Source: a plasmid. Taken from it: 64,000 nt of DNA. The position numbers were made by a program, and so were the translations under genes. The stretch lies in sequence record NZ_CP145111.1. One strand, given 5' to 3'. Below, in pieces: positions 57,943 to 64,000 of the stretch. The stretch's first letter is position 1. Every line of letters begins with the position of its first letter. The notes under the pieces are model-generated. The model made no database searches and was not told where the DNA came from. It saw only the letters and a list, made by a program, of their open reading frames with translations.

Positions 57943-58203
57943 TAGTGCGTTAGTTCTTTAGTTCTATAATGCTGTTGTTCTGTAGTGCTTATGTTCTACA
58001 GTGCTATAGTGCTGTAGTTCTATAGTGCTGTAGTGCTAGCACTACCGTATAGTTTCAAGCCTCATGTGTAAGCATTTTCTAAACAAGAAAATAGTGCTGT
58101 AGTTCTTTAGTTCCGTAGTTCTATAGTTCTATAGTTCTGTAGTGCTTATATTCTGTAGTGCTGTAGTTCTTTTGTTCTATAGTGCTGTAGTGCTGTAGTG
58201 CTA
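57943..58203. repeat. two arrays of ~13 tandem 8-bp iterons (TKCTRTAG), putative partition centromere
   Basis: Arrays at 57943-58040 and 58092-58203, made of TTCTATAG/TGCTGTAG units separated by ~50 bp. Immediately upstream of parA. Confidence 0.6.
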
Positions 58204-58279
58204 GTTTTTAAAACCATTGACTTTTGTTGTGGTTGAGCTATAATTCTAAATGAAATCGATAAATAGAACATAAAAAAAC

Positions 58280-58817
58280 ACCCACCAACAGCCATTGGTG
58301 AGCGCCACAAAAAAGTCATCATTGTTTAATGACTATTATATCATGGCCGGTGCGATTTTTAAAGCCCTAGGGGACAAGCTGGGGTCTAAATCCAAGGGGA
58401 CACGTTTGCCAGTGCGACTTCAATAAGTCTGGCTATACCACAACAAGGCTATCTGTACGGCTGGGTGGTGAATGGTGAGCGCGACCATTAACGGCGCGGG
58501 TGGTAAAACGAAGCTTCGGCTTGGTGCCATTGATTAGTTGGTGATCGAACAAAAATAAATACGTATCATCAACGCCTGCTAGGGCGTTTTTAAGTAGGTT
58601 AAACCGAAAACGTAGGTTTATAATGAGTGGTGGTAGCAATACCGCAATTGTACAGACAAGTGACGGGCGTTAACGACCGACGAACTAAGGGGAAACTTTT
58701 AGTAGTAGAATTGTACTCTGGTTCAGTTATTTCAAATAGCTGTTTCCAGGGAACAATTCTGCGCTCAAAACGTCACTCCCTCTAAACTGAATGGAAAACC
58801 GTAACCCGTCAAGTCAA
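58280..58817 (+). ncRNA. conserved noncoding, probably structured element (copy B)
   Basis: ~98% identical to 41040-41580. Its SNPs fall as nonsynonymous changes in the only ORF, arguing against a coding function. Confidence 0.35.
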
Positions 58818-58853
58818 AACCAACATTAGAATCAAGAAAGTTGATGATTTAAA

Positions 58854-59132
58854 ATGCTTGATTTAAGAGATTGTGAGATTGCTTTTACCGGACGTCTAAC
58901 TACCATGAATCGGGATCAAGCTTTTAGTTTGGCGAAAGTCTTTGGGGCGAAACCACAAAATTGGGTTACGAAACAGACAGATTATTTAGTGGTTGGGTTA
59001 ATTGAGACGGCTTTAGGTGAGGAGCCCATCACAAAAAAGTTATTGACGGGAACACCAACGATTTCAGAACGGGATTTTTTGGACTGGTGTCAGGCACGAT
59101 TGGCGCAATGGTCTAGGAGTTTAGGCGGTTAA
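58854..59132 (+). CDS. stand-alone BRCT-domain protein (resembles LigA C-terminal BRCT)
   Basis: FTGRLTTMNRDQAFSLAKVFGAKPQNWVTKQTDYLVVG pattern. Present only in copy B of the duplication. Confidence 0.45.
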   Translation: MLDLRDCEIAFTGRLTTMNRDQAFSLAKVFGAKPQNWVTKQTDYLVVGLIETALGEEPITKKLLTGTPTISERDFLDWCQARLAQWSRSLGG

Positions 59133-59505
59133 ATTCACAAAGTGAGTTTACTGATTTTTGGGGGATTTTTCATCTAGACCACTCCTCTCCCGTCAAATTT
59201 CACAAAGGAAAAATAACGGATCGTTGTTTTATCAGGGAGTGAGGGGGTTACTTGGGATAAGCCCCATTATGTGAAGTAGAAATTGGTATAGCTAGTTGAT
59301 GAGGTGATCATACGATTAATTGGGTTAATATTGCAGTTTTAATTCCATTCTTAATTTTAATTGGTGTTATTTGTCTAATTGTGGGATTCTGGCATGATTT
59401 TAAGGACTTAACCGTTATTCAAAAGACCGGTATTATCTTGTGTGTCATTGGCTACGTCGTTCCTGTTGTGTTAAATCAGGTAATGAGAATTAAGAGCGTA
59501 AAATA

Positions 59506-60822
59506 TCTTGTGTAAATGCATAAAAGATTTCTGAATTGTATAGAAATAGGGAATGCCTTCCCTTATGATATTTAGTAACCACAGAAAACATCACAGGAGG
59601 CATTCCCCATGAATGAACTTACCACAGAAATTATCGCTGCACTAGCCCAAAAGCAAGATTTGGACGAAGTTTTTCGTCACCACCTCGAAATTGCGATTAA
59701 CCAGCTGCTTCAAACCGAATTGGCAGAGTTTTTGGGTTACGAACGCTACTCATACGCTGGGATTAACACTGGTAATAACCGCAACGGCAGTTATGAGCGC
59801 TCGTTTGATACGAAGTACGGCCAACTTAACTTAACCATTCCTCGAGATCGCAATGGCCGGTTTGAAAATCATACCTTGCCAGCCTACGGTCGGCACAGTG
59901 ATAATTTAGAAACAACGGTCATTCAGTTGTATACCAAGGGAATTACCACTGCTGAAATTGCCGAACTCATTGAGAAAATGTACGGTGCTCACTACTCCAA
60001 AGCCACGGTTTCCAACATGACTAAAGCCGTCAATGAACAGGTTCAAGCTTTCCAGCAACGTCGACTGGCTTCACAATATGCGGCCATCTTCTTAGATGCC
60101 ACTTACTTGCCGTTAAAGCGGGATACCGTTCAAAAAGAAGCCGTTCATATTGCGATTGGCATTCGTCCAGATGGTACGAAAGAAGTGCTGAACTACCAAG
60201 TGGCGCCAACGGAATCGACTGGAATCTGGACTGAACTGCTGGGAACCTTGATCAAGCAGGGCGTTAAAGATGTGCTGTTGTTTGTGGCCGATGGGTTAGT
60301 TGGTTTGGATGAAGGCTTGAATCGGCATTTCCCTAAAGCCAAACGACAACGTTGCCTGGTTCATGTTGGGCGGAATCTGATGAACAAAGTTCGCGTAAAA
60401 GACCGCAAGGCCGTGATCAGTGACTTTAAACAAGTTCATCGGGCCGCCAACCGTGAAGCAGCCAAACTGAAACTGAATGAGTTCGCCAACAACTGGCATC
60501 AGACCTATCCCAAATTAATCAAAGATCTGCTTAAAATGCCGAATTTACTCACTTTCATGGACTTTCCACCAGCTATCCGGCAATCACTATACTCCACTAA
60601 CCTGATTGAGAACTTTAATAAGCATCTCAAGCGCACCACCCACCACAAAGAACAATTTCCAACGGAAGATTCACTGGATCGCTTCCTGGTTTCTCAGTTT
60701 AATGTTTATAACGAGAAGTCTCTGAAGCGGATCCACCGAGGGTTCAAAGGACTCCAGGACACCTTGGAAGCATCATTTATTTAAGTTAGATACATATTAT
60801 ATGTACGAAGGCATTTCATTTA
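59506..60822 (+). mobile_element. IS256-family insertion sequence, copy B
   Basis: Same inverted repeats as copy A. Intact ATG. Confidence 0.7.
59609..60784 (+). CDS. IS256-family transposase (intact)
   Basis: 391 aa. Full N-terminus MNELTTEIIAALAQKQDLDE. Confidence 0.85.
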   Translation: MNELTTEIIAALAQKQDLDEVFRHHLEIAINQLLQTELAEFLGYERYSYAGINTGNNRNGSYERSFDTKYGQLNLTIPRDRNGRFENHTLPAYGRHSDNLETTVIQLYTKGITTAEIAELIEKMYGAHYSKATVSNMTKAVNEQVQAFQQRRLASQYAAIFLDATYLPLKRDTVQKEAVHIAIGIRPDGTKEVLNYQVAPTESTGIWTELLGTLIKQGVKDVLLFVADGLVGLDEGLNRHFPKAKRQRCLVHVGRNLMNKVRVKDRKAVISDFKQVHRAANREAAKLKLNEFANNWHQTYPKLIKDLLKMPNLLTFMDFPPAIRQSLYSTNLIENFNKHLKRTTHHKEQFPTEDSLDRFLVSQFNVYNEKSLKRIHRGFKGLQDTLEASFI

Positions 60823-60895
60823 CACAAGATTCTTGACGCTACCCTATTTTTTTTGTTACAGTCAAAATAAAGCCAGCGAAAGCGAGGAGGACGTC

Positions 60896-61345
60896 ATGAA
60901 ACAATACACGAAATTTTTACTGATGATTCTTGTCTCTACAGTTATTATGTATGGGTTAATGTACCTTAATGTGTTCCAATTAGATCATATTTTTCTAAGC
61001 CAAACGCGACTGTATATGGCGCTAATTATGGGCGCCACCATGGCCATTGTAATGCTGTTATTCATGTGGTCAATGTACCAGAATAAACGTTTGAACCGCC
61101 TGATCCTACTTGGTAGTGCGGTGATATTTGCTGGCTCGCTTTATCTAGTTCGTAGCCAAGCGACCGTGCACGATGCAGCTTGGATGCAAGAAATGATCCC
61201 CCATCACTCGACCGCGATTCTAACCAGTGAACGCGCGCAACTCAGCGATCCGGAAGTCAAAGCCCTCGCACAGAAGATCGCTAAAACGCAACGTGAAGAG
61301 ATCACGGAGATGAAACGATTATTGAAAAAAGTTGCCGATCAATAG
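60896..61345 (+). CDS. DUF305-family protein (copy B)
   Basis: Identical to 43587-44036. Confidence 0.55.
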   Translation: MKQYTKFLLMILVSTVIMYGLMYLNVFQLDHIFLSQTRLYMALIMGATMAIVMLLFMWSMYQNKRLNRLILLGSAVIFAGSLYLVRSQATVHDAAWMQEMIPHHSTAILTSERAQLSDPEVKALAQKIAKTQREEITEMKRLLKKVADQ

Positions 61346-61402
61346 CTGATAAAAAATAAGGAAGTTGACCAATCGGGCCAACTTCCTTATTTTTTAGGCT
61401 TA

Positions 61403-61969
61403 TTAATCAACCGCAACGATCTGACCAGTCGCGATCGGTAACGTAACGTGTGCATCATAGTGGCCGACCATTCCGGCAACACTTTCTGGCAAGTGCACGT
61501 TAGCAGTCACGCCGTGAATATAGATCACGCGTTTTTCAAGGTGTAATTCCGACTCACCAAATGCTTTTTTAAAGTTAGCTTGTAGCTCACTTAATGGGAC
61601 TTTCTTCTCATAAGTAAAATCACCGTGCTCATCCGCAGTTGGATAGCGGTCATGGGGAATATCCATATGTTCTGGGGCATCGTCAAAAGGTACCATCGTC
61701 GTCCCCGAAACGGCTTCAGTCTCCATGAGATCAACAAAACCATCTGCATTCGCATCCTGTGCAGCCGTTGCGATCAACGCCTGCTTACCATCCGGAAAGC
61801 CATGAAAATGTTCCCAATGCTGCATATTGGCCGGCGTGTTGTGCATTGTGATCTTAATCGTTAATTCATCATCTGCAATTGCGAACGTCGCTTCGCCATA
61901 AGCAGCCGTTCCAATCTTATCCGCATTCAATGGTACAATTTGTGCTGCATAGTGTGTGGTCATCAGCAA
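61403..61969 (-). CDS. His-rich hypothetical protein (copy B)
   Basis: Identical to 44094-44660. Confidence 0.45.
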   Translation of the reverse strand: MLMTTHYAAQIVPLNADKIGTAAYGEATFAIADDELTIKITMHNTPANMQHWEHFHGFPDGKQALIATAAQDANADGFVDLMETEAVSGTTMVPFDDAPEHMDIPHDRYPTADEHGDFTYEKKVPLSELQANFKKAFGESELHLEKRVIYIHGVTANVHLPESVAGMVGHYDAHVTLPIATGQIVAVD

Positions 61970-62190
61970 AACCTCCTTGTATTACCTGAACAACGATCAA
62001 TAGCTACGCCGCTAGTATAACACAGTTCAGCGCTTGCAAGTACCTGATTAGGCCAAGCAAGCAGTTATAGCATATTTTTAATTATGCTATGTGTAAAGTA
62101 CCTACGGCGTAAAAATAGCGCAATTCAGCACGTCCTTAAAAGAACGAGTTTCCTTGCGCTTACATAAAAGCGGACAACTTTTATTCGATA

Positions 62191-63226
62191 TGGCAAATTA
62201 CAAGTTTAATCCGAACAAGCCCGGAATCTTTCAATGGCAGTCTGTTGATGATGTATTTTTAATGGTCGTTGATTAATTAGTTCAAGTGCTGCTAGGATCT
62301 CATCAGTCGTTACTTGGCTAAAATTGGTCTTTTTCGGGAAGAACCAGCGTAACCGTCTATTAAAATATTCATTGGAACCTCGCTCCCATGGTGAATATGG
62401 ATGGCAAAAATAAACTTTGATCTGATAATCCTGTTCTAAGGCCTGATAATTGGCAAACTCTTTACCATGATCAACAGTAATGGATTTTACTTGGGGACCG
62501 AAGGCCCCCATAAACTTGCCAAAGGCGGTGTTTAGAGCCTTAGCCGTTCTATTAGGGGCTTTGATGGCCCATAGAAGTCGGGTCTTACGTTCTACGAATG
62601 TAACCAGACATGATCGTGACTCACTTCGACTAGAAAGCACCGTATCTACTTCCCAATGACCAAAAGCTAACCGTTGATTAACAGTTGTTGGCCGTTGTTC
62701 GATGGAAGTCCCACTTGTAAATTTCCCACGATTTTCGCTCACTCGGTGCTGGCGGACATTCCGATTGGGTAGATCAGTCAATTTGAAGGGGAGCCAGCCA
62801 CGATTAAGCCAATTATAAATTGACGCAGTGCTCAAGTTATAAGCGGCCGCAATGGTTTCTGGTGACCAGGTTAATCGTAAGTGATTGGTAATTAAAGTCG
62901 CTAATGCTGCCGTCAGCATCGAACGACGACCGCAATTCCGCCTTTTGCGATCTGCATCTTGCTGAGCTAATTCTGGATCATAAGGTTTAACCCGGTCCAA
63001 CTCATAGCTAATCGTAGCTTTGGCGACGCCTAAGGCGTCAGCCATTACTTGGTAAGATTTATTCCCCTCATTGACCAGTTGTGCTAGTGCGCCACGTTGA
63101 AAACGTGATAAAGTAGATGTACCCAAAGTAATCACTCCCTATATTGGTTGGAATTAGCTACTACCATTGTAAGTGATTGCTTTGGGCTTTTTAATTTCTG
63201 TTCGGATTAATTATAGAATTTGCCAA
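62191..63226 (-). mobile_element. IS30-family insertion sequence, copy B
   Basis: Identical to 44882-45917. Confidence 0.75.
62206..63135 (-). CDS. IS30-family transposase (copy B)
   Basis: Identical to 44897-45826. Confidence 0.85.
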   Translation of the reverse strand: MITLGTSTLSRFQRGALAQLVNEGNKSYQVMADALGVAKATISYELDRVKPYDPELAQQDADRKRRNCGRRSMLTAALATLITNHLRLTWSPETIAAAYNLSTASIYNWLNRGWLPFKLTDLPNRNVRQHRVSENRGKFTSGTSIEQRPTTVNQRLAFGHWEVDTVLSSRSESRSCLVTFVERKTRLLWAIKAPNRTAKALNTAFGKFMGAFGPQVKSITVDHGKEFANYQALEQDYQIKVYFCHPYSPWERGSNEYFNRRLRWFFPKKTNFSQVTTDEILAALELINQRPLKIHHQQTAIERFRACSD

Positions 63227-63427
63227 ATAATATTATTTTATGCTGTGTTATCCGCAATTCTAAATCTGGATCATAGTGATATTTGATAGCTTTGTAGCAG
63301 TATGTAAATAAAATTATTATTCTGATAAAAGCAAGCAACGATTGACAATTCTGATCGTTATTTTTTGAATCATGGCGTTTTTATATTACAATGATCCTAG
63401 AAAAAGTAAAGTTATGGAGGCGATTAG

Positions 63428-64000
63428 ATGAGTGATTTGGATCAGACAAACAGCTATCGATACGTCATTGTTGGTGGCGGAGTGGTTGCTGGCTATGCCA
63501 TCAAGGGAATTCGACAGGAAGATTCAGAGGGTGAGATCTTAATTATTTCGCAAGAGGCGGATGTCCCATATGAACGACCGGCACTGAGTAAAAAACTATG
63601 GCTAGATGATGAATTTACTGAAGAGAACATTCAGATTGGTGCTGAAAATTATCCCAATGTGACTTTTAAGTTCAAGACAACGGTTACGGCTATTAATCGG
63701 CAAGATAAGGTCATTACATTGGCCGATAGTGAGCAAATCAAGTATGAACAGCTATTGCTAGCAACTGGCGGAGAACCTAGACAAATCCAGGGACCTTCTG
63801 ATCCACATGTGCTAGTCTTTAGACAGTGGTCAGATTATCGCAAGTTACGTAAATTTAGTGGTCCGAACAAGCGAGTTGTGATCATTGGTGGTGGATATGT
63901 TGGTACAGAGCTCGCATCGTCACTGACCCAAAATGAGACTGAAGTTACGATGATTTTTCCAGAAAAAGCGCTGGGTGAGGGTAAATTTCCTGAGTCTATT
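63428..64000 (+). CDS. FAD-dependent oxidoreductase, copy B (3' end outside window)
   Basis: Identical to the 5' part of 46119-47324. Confidence 0.7.
   Translation, partial: MSDLDQTNSYRYVIVGGGVVAGYAIKGIRQEDSEGEILIISQEADVPYERPALSKKLWLDDEFTEENIQIGAENYPNVTFKFKTTVTAINRQDKVITLADSEQIKYEQLLLATGGEPRQIQGPSDPHVLVFRQWSDYRKLRKFSGPNKRVVIIGGGYVGTELASSLTQNETEVTMIFPEKALGEGKFPESI

Noticed and set aside
57943-58203. Possible CRISPR array
   Set aside because: The units are only 8 bp, directly abutting, with no spacers and no cas genes. The position upstream of parA fits partition-centromere iterons.

Overview
Low-GC Firmicutes accessory DNA, Lactobacillaceae-like (roughly 40-45% GC by eye, not computed). The identical IS30, IS256 and ISL3-type elements are typical of Lactiplantibacillus and relatives. 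Bases 1-1350: 3' part of a repetitive secreted/surface protein gene, ended by a strong terminator. Bases ~1.4-39.6 kb: a complete-looking ~38-kb temperate prophage. Its modules in order: a CI-like repressor (HTH + S24 peptidase) and divergent Cro-like gene with operator repeats; a Rha/KilA-C antirepressor; a ~4-kb array of small moron-like ORFs; a replication module (XRE regulator, ERF-type annealing protein, SSB, Cys/His protein, replisome organizer, DnaC-like loader, YopX, ArpU); two tRNA-like elements; TerS/TerL; an SPP1-type portal; an F-like minor head protein; scaffold and capsid; a PBSX-like contractile-tail module (sheath, tube, chaperone, 1317-aa tape measure with M23 and lytic transglycosylase domains, XkdP-to-XkdX baseplate/fiber genes); and a lysis module (holin, GH25 endolysin, XhlA). 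No integrase or excisionase is present. Immediately 3' lies a ParA/ParB-like partition cassette flanked by palindromic AT-rich repeats, so the element may be a phage-plasmid or a prophage on a plasmid. Bases 39.8-64 kb are plasmid-like and IS-rich: two different ParA cassettes (one with two arrays of 8-bp iterons), a serine resolvase, IS256-, IS30-, IS3-, ISL3-, IS6- and IS1182-family elements (several degenerate), an NADH oxidase/peroxidase, an FAD oxidoreductase and a DUF305/His-rich protein pair. A 5.7-kb segmental duplication runs 41.0-46.8 kb and 58.3-64.0 kb. Two observations are the most unusual. First, the prophage early region (3.0-6.8 kb) is a cassette-like array of divergent/convergent small genes: a conserved ~25-45-bp boundary/RBS block recurs (five genes begin MIHM/MNHM), and there are paralogous convergent gene pairs whose stop codons overlap on CTAG. 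Second, a ~540-bp noncoding, probably structured element with its own intrinsic terminator occurs twice, each time beside a par locus.
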